Source: a virus. From it: a stretch of 64,000 bases of DNA. Positions within the stretch are counted from its first letter, which is position 1. Each line of letters starts with the position of its first letter. The stretch lies in IMG/VR virus record IMGVR_UViG_3300043772_003377, positions 40,514-104,513 of that record; one strand, written 5' to 3'. Under the pieces are notes generated by a model. It ran no database searches, was not told the origin of the DNA, and was given only the letters and a program-made list of their open reading frames with translations. A program made the position numbers and the translations under genes. Shown here in pieces: positions 6,999 through 17,327 of the stretch.

Positions 6999-9941
6999 TT
7001 ATTCATTTATATTTTTTATTGTTAATACATCTGATTCGTCATAGTATGATAACCTATTTGTTAATGATGAATTTTTAAAAATCTGACAAGTGTATAATTC
7101 ATAAACAGATGGTGTTTGACTAACACCCGTAACGGTAACAATAACACCATTAGAATAAACTGAATCTACCGTTATTGATATATCTTCCGTACCACCAAAT
7201 ACAGATCCGGTTATTGTTAATATTTCTCCAACCGCATATCCAGTACCACCCTGATTTAATACTACACTATTAACTAATCCATCAACAACCTCAACATCAA
7301 ATGTTGCGTTTTCACCACCAGTACCTTGTGCAAATATATTAGGGTATGAACCTGTGACACCTGTTACACTACTCACAAACCAATTATTAGGGATAATGTT
7401 CCAAGTGCTACCGGAGTCCGAACTATATAATAAAATTACAATGTCAACACCACTTCTTTCCTGCATTCTAACTTTGATAGGATATGTTCCACCTGTTAAT
7501 GTTATAGGATACTGATTTCCGTTCGGAAGATTTCCACTATCACCATGCCCCCCATACCAATCAGCAACTTTAATTCCATTAATGAATGCGTCTGAACCAT
7601 CATCACTACTTAATCCAAAATAGTATGTATTGTTGGAAGGAATGTTTATAATACCTTCAATTACCATTCCATAGTCACTTTGATCAACACCTGTTTGTGT
7701 TGAATATGAAACGCCCTGAATATTAGGAGAATTGTATGTATCAAAAAGAGGACTATTATTTATTAGATAATCCATTTCTGTTTCATTAGTTGGGTAAGTA
7801 TATGTTGAATCGGCAGGTTTATAAATTTTAACACTTAGTTTGTTATTAATTGAAAACCCATTTATAGTGCCCGAAGAACCGCCAATTTCAGTTCCTGGTA
7901 TTGTTATTGTATCACCTACTTGGTATAACTTACCTGATGTATTACCACTGACACCTATTACAGTATTCCCCGAAACTTCAACATCAAAAGACGCATTAAT
8001 ACCGTTACCGTTTGTTGTTCCGGTTAAATTAGTGTAAATACCATCGGTTGCTCCAGTACCTAAAGCGTTATATGTAAACGCAGTTATAATACCGTAATTT
8101 GTTGTAAAATCAACATTATTTACATATGTGTCAACGATATTCCATTGGAAGAATTCCCCAATTGTGTTATTGTAAAAGTTATCAGGAATTGTATTATTGT
8201 AGAAGTATTCACCAATAGTATTATTATAAAAATAATTCCCGATCCTATTACCTTGATTAGATGAACCACCAAATCCAAAATCAGGTGCAATAGAATTGTT
8301 ACTAAATAAATTTCCAATTTGGTTATATGAGAACTTATCACCAACTGTATTGTTATTAAATTCGTTTCCAATTACATTAAATTGAACATCTCCAAGTGTA
8401 TCATTTGAGTAAAAATCATTACCAATCTTATTTCCACTAAAATCATATAACCCAATAGTTAAATTGGTTCCGATATCATTATTATTAAAAACGTGTTCAA
8501 TATTATTTTCGTAGAAATTTGAATATATGGTATTACCATTATAACCGTTTCCAATTAAATTACGATAAAATTCTGAATAGATTTCATTTTGATTATATCC
8601 ATTACCAATATCATTATTATAGAAGTCATCATAAATTTTATTATCATTAAACTGGTTTCCTATTTCATTATTTTGAAAATCATTATTAGTCCAAACATTA
8701 TTATTAAAATTATTTCCAATATTGTTTCTATAAAAATCACTACCTAGTAAAGTGTTACCATAAAAATCACTACCAATTCTATTATTATTGAAATTTGATG
8801 TGATGTAATTGTTCCTAAAATTTTCCCCAATTATGTTACCGTCAAAGTCATCATTTGTTGAGTTGTTATAAAAACTATCACCTATTTGATTATTATCACA
8901 ATCATCGTTAAATGTGTTATTATAAGAACCGTTACCAATGGTGTTGTTTCTAAATGAACCATTTAATAATACATTATTTGCAAGTAAAAAATCTCCAGTA
9001 CCAAATTCTAAATGTAAATTAGAATAGTTACCAATATAGTTATTAACCGCGCCACCATCATCAATAGCATCACCAAATGTTGTGTATTCGTAAACTTGAT
9101 TTTGTCTTATATTAGGTTGATAATAACTCATTATACCATCGTCATTTCCAAAATAATAAAGTGAGTCAGTAGTTTCATTTATTGTCACACCTGATATAAT
9201 TGCTAAAGAATTACTCTCTACAGAGATGATTTCAAAAAACACAGGATCTAAATTTCGTACTGAAACAATGTCACCAGTTGAGAAATTTGAAACAAATGTT
9301 GTACCTGTATTACCATATAACACTGCAGTTGTCCCTGTTAAACCACTTATACCAACAAGACCACTTAATGGACTATCTTCGTCATATGAATATCCATTAT
9401 ATCTTTTAAATAAGATACTTCTGTGATCGTAGTCGGTTCTGTTATTGTATTGATCAATTCTTTCTGTAATTCTACCTTTTGCTGGACCACTAGTGATTTC
9501 AGTCGTATCCCAAGTAATATCGTAAGTTATATGATCTTGAGGGTATAATGCGGAATATATGGTAGGTGAAAAATCTGTTGTAGATATCGCCAATAATAAT
9601 ATAGGCTCTGTTGTTCCTGTTTTATAATTACCTGTAGTAATAGGGTTTTTGGTATTATCGTAGTTTGGTTGGTCATAACACGTTTGGAAATCTGTTATTA
9701 AATAATAAGAACCTTCAGTTAAACTTGATGAACCAATTAAACTGGTTAATTCTGAATACGTAACTTCGGTAACTCCACTCGACCCTGAAGACCCGCTTAG
9801 TATATAAGTTTTAAGGTCGTTTAATGTTGTATGTTTTGTTTCTCCCAAAACACCTAAATAACTTACGTTTACAAATAAGTCACCAGGAGTATATCCTGTG
9901 TAACCAACGTAAGGTAAATCTGAAATTCTAATATCTTCCAT
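6999..9941 (-). CDS. Fibre/spike protein with beta-helix repeats and PA14 domain
   Basis: About 10-aa N-x-IG-N-x-F repeats (approx. 8110-8960); PA14-like YYFGLSSDDGSDAFING..YPIKVRMQE (approx. 7380-7840). Confidence 0.75.
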   Translation of the reverse strand: MEDIRISDLPYVGYTGYTPGDLFVNVSYLGVLGETKHTTLNDLKTYILSGSSGSSGVTEVTYSELTSLIGSSSLTEGSYYLITDFQTCYDQPNYDNTKNPITTGNYKTGTTEPILLLAISTTDFSPTIYSALYPQDHITYDITWDTTEITSGPAKGRITERIDQYNNRTDYDHRSILFKRYNGYSYDEDSPLSGLVGISGLTGTTAVLYGNTGTTFVSNFSTGDIVSVRNLDPVFFEIISVESNSLAIISGVTINETTDSLYYFGNDDGIMSYYQPNIRQNQVYEYTTFGDAIDDGGAVNNYIGNYSNLHLEFGTGDFLLANNVLLNGSFRNNTIGNGSYNNTFNDDCDNNQIGDSFYNNSTNDDFDGNIIGENFRNNYITSNFNNNRIGSDFYGNTLLGSDFYRNNIGNNFNNNVWTNNDFQNNEIGNQFNDNKIYDDFYNNDIGNGYNQNEIYSEFYRNLIGNGYNGNTIYSNFYENNIEHVFNNNDIGTNLTIGLYDFSGNKIGNDFYSNDTLGDVQFNVIGNEFNNNTVGDKFSYNQIGNLFSNNSIAPDFGFGGSSNQGNRIGNYFYNNTIGEYFYNNTIPDNFYNNTIGEFFQWNIVDTYVNNVDFTTNYGIITAFTYNALGTGATDGIYTNLTGTTNGNGINASFDVEVSGNTVIGVSGNTSGKLYQVGDTITIPGTEIGGSSGTINGFSINNKLSVKIYKPADSTYTYPTNETEMDYLINNSPLFDTYNSPNIQGVSYSTQTGVDQSDYGMVIEGIINIPSNNTYYFGLSSDDGSDAFINGIKVADWYGGHGDSGNLPNGNQYPITLTGGTYPIKVRMQERSGVDIVILLYSSDSGSTWNIIPNNWFVSSVTGVTGSYPNIFAQGTGGENATFDVEVVDGLVNSVVLNQGGTGYAVGEILTITGSVFGGTEDISITVDSVYSNGVIVTVTGVSQTPSVYELYTCQIFKNSSLTNRLSYYDESDVLTIKNINE

Positions 9942-9943
9942 TT

Positions 9944-10183
9944 TTATCCATTTAATCCATTACCTCCAATTAAAACAGCGTCTTTTAATAGTACTTCAAT
10001 ACCATAAGAATTTGTCCAAGTTGGTTTTGGTGGGTTTATTTTAACTAAAGTATAAATAGTGGTACTATCCCCAATATAATATAGAGTATCTTGAGTAATT
10101 ATTGGTTTATAATTCTCAGTAACCAATCTAAAAACTGATTTTTTGATACAAGTTGTACATATTACACCTGTTTGATTACTCAT
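9944..10183 (-). CDS. Small protein paralogous to 5536-5928
   Basis: C-terminus PPKPTWTNSYG..KDAVLIGGNGLNG. Confidence 0.65.
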   Translation of the reverse strand: MSNQTGVICTTCIKKSVFRLVTENYKPIITQDTLYYIGDSTTIYTLVKINPPKPTWTNSYGIEVLLKDAVLIGGNGLNG

Positions 10184-11649
10184 TATTTATAGTTAACTAT
10201 TTGAAATTTTATTTGTTTTTTATAAATACTAATTTCACCCGAACTTTCCACTTTAATATCAATATAATATTCGTTTGGAATTTTGTCCCTAGTGTCAAAG
10301 ATAAAATAATACTCGTTTGGAGTTCTATTTATTTGAGTCCAATCTTGAACTTGAACTTCCGTTTGACCTTCTCTAACATAAATTCTATATTCGGCATGAA
10401 CTTTATTTAATAATTTGTTTGTTGTGTAGGCCTGTTTAATTATAACACCAACTTTTCTAATATCGGTATTGAAAATTTTCTCGTCTTGTTTAATACCATA
10501 AAAATCAAATCCATAAAGTTTTGGTTCTACTGAATTAGTCCCAATCTGTAATGAACTTTTCAATGGTAATAATGTAAATTCGTTAAAAATATCCGGTAAA
10601 GAAAAACCATTTAATGTTATATTAGTCCATTTGTCCGTAAACGTACAAGGAGTTTTATAACCTAATAATGGTGGTATTGTAACTTCATAAACACCTTTTG
10701 TTCTCCTACAACTTGTTAAACCTGTTAAACCCGCAATAGGTTCACCTGAATTATCCAGTATGTTAACTTCGGGAGTATAATCCAAATTAACAGGAATTCC
10801 ATTATCGTAAACATATAGATATAATTTATTTACTTTACCTAAAGTAAAAAGATTTCTGTCATCATCGATTAAATCGTTATAAATTGTTTCAAGAAAAGGT
10901 TCGTAAAATGTTTGTGTATGTCTTGTAAAAAATTGAACTTCGTAAGATTCACTTAATCCTGATAAATTTTCTAATTGAGGTTTAAAAGCGATTACCCAAC
11001 CTGAAACATTATCTAATGTACCATCAAGAATCTGATTGATTTCATTTGTCATATCAAATTCAATATTTTCATTACCAAATTCAAAATGTTGCTCCGCAAT
11101 TTTTGTTAACGCGCTATAAGGATAAAACCCTTCGTTATTATTGTTATATAATCCAGGTTCATCCCAAACTCCAATAGTTGTCGTTTGATACCAATTTGAC
11201 GGTCTATCGGAAAAATTTTTATCCGAATCGGAAATTGTGTATTGTAAATCAGCGAAATCATACCCAACACCCTCATCCCAAATTTGGGGTGTGTCAGGGT
11301 TGTAATCAATAAAAGGTATTCTAAATAATTCTAAATCAAACGAGGTCGCTCTTTTCCTTCCTTGCGAAGTTGAGGTATTTAAGAATTCTAAATCAAATGT
11401 TGATGTATTAGTCATTCTTAAAATGTGTTTCATATTATTAACACAATCATTTGAAATAGTTCCGTCAATTACTTTATTTTTTAATAAAGTTAAATCTAAA
11501 TTAAAGATGAATCTACTAAAACCAGTAGGATACTGAGTCGAAATAGGTGTTCCAAAAAATAGTTCGGTGACAGGGTTTCTACCTGTATTAGTAAAACTAT
11601 TTGATATTAATGTATTATTTTTACTAAAGTAAGAATTATTAATTGACAT
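10183..11649 (-). CDS. Putative baseplate/tail structural protein
   Basis: 488-aa beta-rich ORF next to the spike gene; late motif at 11667-11674. Confidence 0.55.
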   Translation of the reverse strand: MSINNSYFSKNNTLISNSFTNTGRNPVTELFFGTPISTQYPTGFSRFIFNLDLTLLKNKVIDGTISNDCVNNMKHILRMTNTSTFDLEFLNTSTSQGRKRATSFDLELFRIPFIDYNPDTPQIWDEGVGYDFADLQYTISDSDKNFSDRPSNWYQTTTIGVWDEPGLYNNNNEGFYPYSALTKIAEQHFEFGNENIEFDMTNEINQILDGTLDNVSGWVIAFKPQLENLSGLSESYEVQFFTRHTQTFYEPFLETIYNDLIDDDRNLFTLGKVNKLYLYVYDNGIPVNLDYTPEVNILDNSGEPIAGLTGLTSCRRTKGVYEVTIPPLLGYKTPCTFTDKWTNITLNGFSLPDIFNEFTLLPLKSSLQIGTNSVEPKLYGFDFYGIKQDEKIFNTDIRKVGVIIKQAYTTNKLLNKVHAEYRIYVREGQTEVQVQDWTQINRTPNEYYFIFDTRDKIPNEYYIDIKVESSGEISIYKKQIKFQIVNYK

Positions 11650-11674
11650 TATAAAGTTGTTTAACTTATAAATA

Positions 11675-13261
11675 TCAATTAATTCGGATATTTTGATTTA
11701 GAATTGTATTTTCTGCATTAGATAATAATTCCTCGATTGTTTGAATCGTAACTCCACTACCCTCACTTTGTTTACAAGGAGACATAAATGCTATTGGGTG
11801 TACGTGGTCTCGTAAAAATACAAACATAATTCTAATTAAAGATAATAATTCTTCCCCTCTTACAGATGAATATGTTAAATTTTGAATACTATTTTCGTTA
11901 CCCACAAATTTATCTTGAGGGATACCATATAAAGTTTCATTTAAATTTATCCCTCCTTTAGGTCCTATAGAATCTTGAGATAATAAATATAATTTTTGAG
12001 CACCCATAACTCCATAACTTGTTGGTGTTGGAGTATATTTTGACGGAGTTATTTCAGTTGTTTTTATTTCTTTTTGAGGTCCAAAAATAGGTTTATCCTT
12101 ATTTAACCCTGAAACAATAAAAAAACCTTTTTGTTTATTTAAAGATATTTCGGTTGAGAATTTTGAAAAATTGGCAAATTCTTTAGTATCTACCGACAAA
12201 TCTGTTAAATTAAATTTACTACCTTTCAAATAAGTTATTTTGTTTGGAGTTACCAAAAATGGGAATTGATCGGTTATTTCATAAGTTAAGGGCGAGCTAT
12301 ATCCCGGTAGTCCAGGTAAATTAATCTTATTCTTTAAAACACCATAAATATATAAATTTATCAGATTTACCGTATCAACAAATGACGAACCACTAAATGA
12401 TGCCAAACTTTCATTAATTATTTTATAGTCAATTCCTTCATTATATTTTGTGATTGTCTGTCTGTCGGCGGTCGTTGTTGTTATTTGACTATTTATCACA
12501 TCATATAAAGCGATTTGTCCCGTAAAGGAGTCTTGGTCGTTTTCTAAATTGATTATTGTCCAAATAACCATCTTCTTAATTTCTTGTGACTTTTCTTTTG
12601 TGGATATTATAGTTTCCGTATTACCCTCTTCTTTTTTAGTGTCAAAATGTGATAGCTGAATAAATGACCTATTAATATTTGATGTTGGGGTTAATGTAGT
12701 ATCTAATTCTCCGTTGTATTTACCTGATCTAAGTAGTACTTCATTTTTTTTAACAATAACGTCAGAATTACCTCGACCTAATAATGAATTATCTCCGGGG
12801 TCAGGAAAAATACCGGCACTATCACCGGTATACACTACTAAATTATTTAAAGAAAATTGAGTTCCTTGTGCTAGCATTGATTTAGCAACTCGATAATCTT
12901 CTTTTTTAATATTTCTCACGTCAGTTAAAACGTTAGAAATGTAAAATTGATTTTTAAATTCATACCTATTATCGTAATAAATTACGTTAACATATTCGTC
13001 TTTTAAAGGTACAGGATTAATTGTGTAGGGTAATAAAGGTAAAAATAATTTTGGGTCATTAGTATCCCACTCTTTATAATTTGGGCTGGCAGATCCGGTT
13101 GCGGACATAACTTTACCCTCAACCTCAATTCTTAGTCTACCTAACTTTCTTGGGTCATCGCTACTAATAACCTTACCAGGAAACAAAACTTGAGTGATTT
13201 GTTTTTCTTGAATGTACTGGTCAACAACCTCCCTAATTAAAGAGTTATCCGGTTTATTCAT
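11675..13261 (-). CDS. Baseplate hub/spike protein (gp5/VgrG/gpV-like)
   Basis: N-terminal OB-fold motif GKVISSDDPRKLGRLRIEV..P...EYVNV; C-terminal DHVHP (HxH metal-binding apex). Confidence 0.7.
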   Translation of the reverse strand: MNKPDNSLIREVVDQYIQEKQITQVLFPGKVISSDDPRKLGRLRIEVEGKVMSATGSASPNYKEWDTNDPKLFLPLLPYTINPVPLKDEYVNVIYYDNRYEFKNQFYISNVLTDVRNIKKEDYRVAKSMLAQGTQFSLNNLVVYTGDSAGIFPDPGDNSLLGRGNSDVIVKKNEVLLRSGKYNGELDTTLTPTSNINRSFIQLSHFDTKKEEGNTETIISTKEKSQEIKKMVIWTIINLENDQDSFTGQIALYDVINSQITTTTADRQTITKYNEGIDYKIINESLASFSGSSFVDTVNLINLYIYGVLKNKINLPGLPGYSSPLTYEITDQFPFLVTPNKITYLKGSKFNLTDLSVDTKEFANFSKFSTEISLNKQKGFFIVSGLNKDKPIFGPQKEIKTTEITPSKYTPTPTSYGVMGAQKLYLLSQDSIGPKGGINLNETLYGIPQDKFVGNENSIQNLTYSSVRGEELLSLIRIMFVFLRDHVHPIAFMSPCKQSEGSGVTIQTIEELLSNAENTILNQNIRIN

Positions 13262-13472
13262 TAGTCTTAGTCCTTTCTTCGTATTCTTTAAGAATTAAAT
13301 TATAAGTGTTTTCTAATTTATCTAAATGATTTGTCATTCTGATTAAATTTGATTTGGTTTCCTCAAAATCCTCTTTTATAAAGTCTAACGCAAATATTAA
13401 ATCTTTGTTATTAGATGATTTATAATCTTTAACAATTTTTAAAACTTTTTCTGCCTGTTCTTTTTTTGTCAT
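13254..13472 (-). CDS. Small coiled-coil hypothetical protein
   Basis: 72-aa ORF overlapping or abutting its neighbours. Confidence 0.65.
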   Translation of the reverse strand: MTKKEQAEKVLKIVKDYKSSNNKDLIFALDFIKEDFEETKSNLIRMTNHLDKLENTYNLILKEYEERTKTNE

Positions 13473-13474
13473 AA

Positions 13475-15391
13475 TTAAAACTTTTTACCTGATGTCGTTA
13501 AGGGAAAGGTAACTAATGTTGGTGCAACAATTAATGATGGTATTGGTATATCTGTTCTACCGTTTTCCGCTTCTTCACTTGCCATAGCCTTCATCTGTCC
13601 AAAACGAGACAATAAATCTAAATTAGGACTACCATCAGGTAAAGTCCCTGTTGGAATTCCCAAACTTTGAAATTCGTCTATCATCCCTATAAATGCTCTT
13701 GTTTCGGAATATCCATCTAAAAATTTTGAAAGTATTAATAATGGTAATGGAACTCCGTTCGGATTATTTGGTATTAATTTTAATAAGGATAAAATATCGT
13801 CTATAACACTTTTACACTTTCTCCAATCCTGAATTAGGTTAGCAACAACTATTAATATCTCGGTTAATTTAGCAATCATTTTGAGTTTTTTATTGTTACT
13901 TTCTTTAAGAATATCCGAAATAACTTGTTGAACTAGCACTTTAATATCTTTTTTAATTAATTCAAATAATTCCTCAATAAAAAGTGCTCCTACCTTAGAG
14001 ACCAAATTAACGACTAATCCGTAGAATTGTCTTGTAAATTGTACAAATGAATCAATGATGTCTACAATATCATTACCCAAACCTTTAAATGCGATATAAA
14101 TAGGTAGTAACACTTTAGGAGATAATAACGAAACTATTAGTCCTTGGGACATAAGTTTTACAAAATTAACATTTAAAGTTGCCTGTATATCGAACCCATT
14201 AAATTGTGGGTCATTGTTTACTTGATTAGTTAGATTATCGGCCTCGTCAATTAAATTATTACCCTCAACAAATACTAAATTATTTAAGGAATTTATAATT
14301 GCATTTGAGTCAACAGGAATATCCACATAGTCACATTCCAAAAATTTAACAACACCATTTCTTATATTCGCAACTCTTTCCTCAATTGTGGATAAATCAT
14401 TATCCGTAAATTCAAAAAACGAATCGTCAGCCCCATCCAACTCACTAACTTTAGCGTTCCCACTAACATTTATTTCTTTATCTTCATCAAAACATAAACC
14501 TAAAATTCTTTGTAATATTATTTGGAATTTTGTCATATCTTCAATTTGAAACTGCCCCGCACCAATACTGATAGAAATCATTCCGGTAAGTTGTTCCATA
14601 ATTGACGCAACAATATTCTCAAATTCAACAACTTTAATAGTTTTGAAATAATCTAATAAAAACTCAGAAATTAAAAACCTACCTCCTCTATTTCTAATAT
14701 CTACTTTATACCACCCTCCACCTTCTCCTGTAACTGGATGCGATTCTAAAAATGTTATATCGAATAATGGTTGATTTGATTTACCTAAATAATCAGTCCC
14801 GTATTGTGAATTAAAACTAACACCAGGAAATTGTATTCTGTTATATAACTCTTTATTAGTTGAGTTTGGTCTGTCGTTAGGGGCTAATGTTCTTTTTTCA
14901 TATAAACATTTACCCTCAATATCGTTAGGGTCTATTTTTAATAAATCGGATAAATCGATAGATTTAACTTTAATATAAACGGTAGTGTTTTGATTGAATG
15001 CTTGTTGCTGATCACAACCAACCACCTTAAAAATTTCTTTATATAGAATATCTAAAACTTTAGGTTCAATATTATTTAAAGCCTTTAAAAAAGTTCTCTT
15101 AATATAATTGTATGTATTACCACCATTTTCATTTGTTAGTGTTAATACTTCTAATAAATGTTCAAATTGAGTTTTAAGATTTTTTTTAAATTTTTTTGAC
15201 TTTTGAGTTATGTCATCGGCGTTTTTTTTTGTATTTGAAAGTTTTTTGTTTGTTTTAACCTTACTTTCCTCAAAAGAATTGACCGCCTTTTTTTTAAGTT
15301 TAGAATACTGATTCTGTAAATCTTTATAATTTTTTATAGATTTAACCTTATCCTTAGCCTTTTTATAATCATTTTCTAAATCTAAAGACAT
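13475..15391 (-). CDS. Large hypothetical protein, probably structural (baseplate region)
   Basis: 638-aa ORF in the same operon as the spike gene. Confidence 0.65.
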   Translation of the reverse strand: MSLDLENDYKKAKDKVKSIKNYKDLQNQYSKLKKKAVNSFEESKVKTNKKLSNTKKNADDITQKSKKFKKNLKTQFEHLLEVLTLTNENGGNTYNYIKRTFLKALNNIEPKVLDILYKEIFKVVGCDQQQAFNQNTTVYIKVKSIDLSDLLKIDPNDIEGKCLYEKRTLAPNDRPNSTNKELYNRIQFPGVSFNSQYGTDYLGKSNQPLFDITFLESHPVTGEGGGWYKVDIRNRGGRFLISEFLLDYFKTIKVVEFENIVASIMEQLTGMISISIGAGQFQIEDMTKFQIILQRILGLCFDEDKEINVSGNAKVSELDGADDSFFEFTDNDLSTIEERVANIRNGVVKFLECDYVDIPVDSNAIINSLNNLVFVEGNNLIDEADNLTNQVNNDPQFNGFDIQATLNVNFVKLMSQGLIVSLLSPKVLLPIYIAFKGLGNDIVDIIDSFVQFTRQFYGLVVNLVSKVGALFIEELFELIKKDIKVLVQQVISDILKESNNKKLKMIAKLTEILIVVANLIQDWRKCKSVIDDILSLLKLIPNNPNGVPLPLLILSKFLDGYSETRAFIGMIDEFQSLGIPTGTLPDGSPNLDLLSRFGQMKAMASEEAENGRTDIPIPSLIVAPTLVTFPLTTSGKKF

Positions 15392-15762
15392 TATTTTTTC
15401 ATTTTAAAAGGTGTATTGTTATCAACGTCTTTGTTAATTAACTCTGATAATATGTTATCGTCAACATCTAAATCAGATAGAGAGAACGATTCTTGGGTTG
15501 AATTCGTTTTCTCCCAAATACTGGATTGTAGTTTAGAAAGTGCCAATTTTTTATCGACACAATCATTCACTATTTTTTGTTGTTTCTCGATTACAGGACC
15601 TATTAGAGTCATATCTTCAGGTTCTTTCATCATCGCTAACATTTTATTTTGAATCCTAATGGCGGTAGTTCTTTGTTCTACCAATTCATTATAAATCTCT
15701 TGCATTAGAGATAAAATAGATTCTTTAGTTAAATTTATTTCTTTTTTTGGAGGTCTTCCCAT
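15391..15762 (-). CDS. Hypothetical helical protein
   Basis: 123-aa ORF; late motif at 15767-15774. Confidence 0.7.
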   Translation of the reverse strand: MGRPPKKEINLTKESILSLMQEIYNELVEQRTTAIRIQNKMLAMMKEPEDMTLIGPVIEKQQKIVNDCVDKKLALSKLQSSIWEKTNSTQESFSLSDLDVDDNILSELINKDVDNNTPFKMKK

Positions 15763-15774
15763 AATGTATAAATA

Positions 15775-16524
15775 TTATTTTACCATATTTTGAATTAGGT
15801 TCTCATATATTATTTTATATTTTTTCATTGAATTCCTAATTTCTTTGGTACTTAGATTAGTCATTTCTCTTATTGATAATAAAATAATATTTTTATTAAA
15901 TTTATTATTATCATTACCGATAAAAATATCATCATAATCTTCAAATATATCATATAACGCCTTACCCAATTTAACTTCATTTTCGGTTAAATCTTTTTTA
16001 ATCAAAAATAAATCAAGTTCCTTTAAAAAATTTTTAATTACTAATTCAGAGTCCATATGTTCCCTATCTATAGTATATGAGAATTCTTCATTGTTTTCTA
16101 AATCAGATGAAATGTCTTCGTAAGATATTTTACGATTAGTTTCTTTTTGGTCTTTTATTATTTGACCCATAAGGTAATTCTTACATATCGTACCAAAATA
16201 AGAATACGCTTTTTTCTCTTTTGACGGTTTAAACTTCTCAAGTTTTGTCATAAGGAAGGAGTGAGTATCTATATGGATTTCATAAAAATCCATATCTTTT
16301 CTATATAATTTATATCTTCTAATAATTGAAGATATCATTTTGTCTAAAGGTTTTCTTAAAAACTCATTATATATTTTATTTCTATCCTCTAAGGAAGTGG
16401 CCTCTAAGAATCTTATAACGGCCATTTCCTCTCGGACATCAAAATAATTAGTTTGAGTTGGTTTTCGACCTTTCTTCTTAACTTCGAAACCAGTTTCTAA
16501 TATTTGTGGAGTATTTTCTGACAT
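15775..16524 (-). CDS. Late-transcription sigma factor (T4 gp55-like)
   Basis: N-terminal NYFD motif and region-2-like KFKPSKEKKAYSYFGTICKNYL, resembling the gp55-family F-AYFT motif. Confidence 0.6.
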   Translation of the reverse strand: MSENTPQILETGFEVKKKGRKPTQTNYFDVREEMAVIRFLEATSLEDRNKIYNEFLRKPLDKMISSIIRRYKLYRKDMDFYEIHIDTHSFLMTKLEKFKPSKEKKAYSYFGTICKNYLMGQIIKDQKETNRKISYEDISSDLENNEEFSYTIDREHMDSELVIKNFLKELDLFLIKKDLTENEVKLGKALYDIFEDYDDIFIGNDNNKFNKNIILLSIREMTNLSTKEIRNSMKKYKIIYENLIQNMVK

Positions 16525-17327
16525 TAAACTTCACTAGGTTCGTATTTTATGGCTCTATCATTAATAAAGAAATATTCTTTTTTTGCCGAGTCAATCCAAA
16601 ATTTAACCTCACTATCAGTCAAAATATTGTCACCATTTTTGTAGTTCCAGAATATAGAACCTTCTCTTAAATTAGTATGTTTGTATCCAATTCTTGGTAT
16701 TGTCAAAAATTTAACAGAATTATGAGTCATTCTTAGAAAGAACTCATAACCAAATGTTAATTTAAATGAAGGTTTAAAAAGTCCAAAATCAACGAAAGAC
16801 GATTTTTTAATAACCATTCCTGATGTTTGGAAGTTTTGATAATTTTGTAATGTTTCGTTTGTTAATAAACCCATTTCAGAAGAAATGTTAAGTGCAAATG
16901 TCGCCTCATTTGTAAATCCTGCAAATGATTCTTTATTATCTGTGTCAATAACAATCGGTAAAAACGCGTCAACATCAGGGTAAGATTCTGAAAACTTTTT
17001 AACGTTTTTGAACCAAATTTTAGAATACTCATCGTCAAATTCAAATAATGATACCCATTTAGATTTGGCACTTCTAACTCCAAAGTTAACTTGTCCTGAA
17101 TAATTAGGTTCTTTAGTCCATTCAATTTTTACAACATTGATATCACCAAAATCAAATTGGTTAAGATATTCGACTAGTGAAGTTTCATTAGTGTGAACTA
17201 TAATTAGTTCATTAATCCCTATAACTTGTTGTTTTAAAGATTCTATACATTTTTTAAAGTAATCTTCAAACCATACGTTTGATGAAGATTTAATTGGTAA
17301 TACTACCGATACGTCAAATTTTTCCAT
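16524..17327 (-). CDS. Glycosyltransferase family 2
   Basis: VSVVLPI, CIESLKQQ, NFGVRSAKSKWVSLFEFDD (GT-A fold). Confidence 0.8.
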   Translation of the reverse strand: MEKFDVSVVLPIKSSSNVWFEDYFKKCIESLKQQVIGINELIIVHTNETSLVEYLNQFDFGDINVVKIEWTKEPNYSGQVNFGVRSAKSKWVSLFEFDDEYSKIWFKNVKKFSESYPDVDAFLPIVIDTDNKESFAGFTNEATFALNISSEMGLLTNETLQNYQNFQTSGMVIKKSSFVDFGLFKPSFKLTFGYEFFLRMTHNSVKFLTIPRIGYKHTNLREGSIFWNYKNGDNILTDSEVKFWIDSAKKEYFFINDRAIKYEPSEV

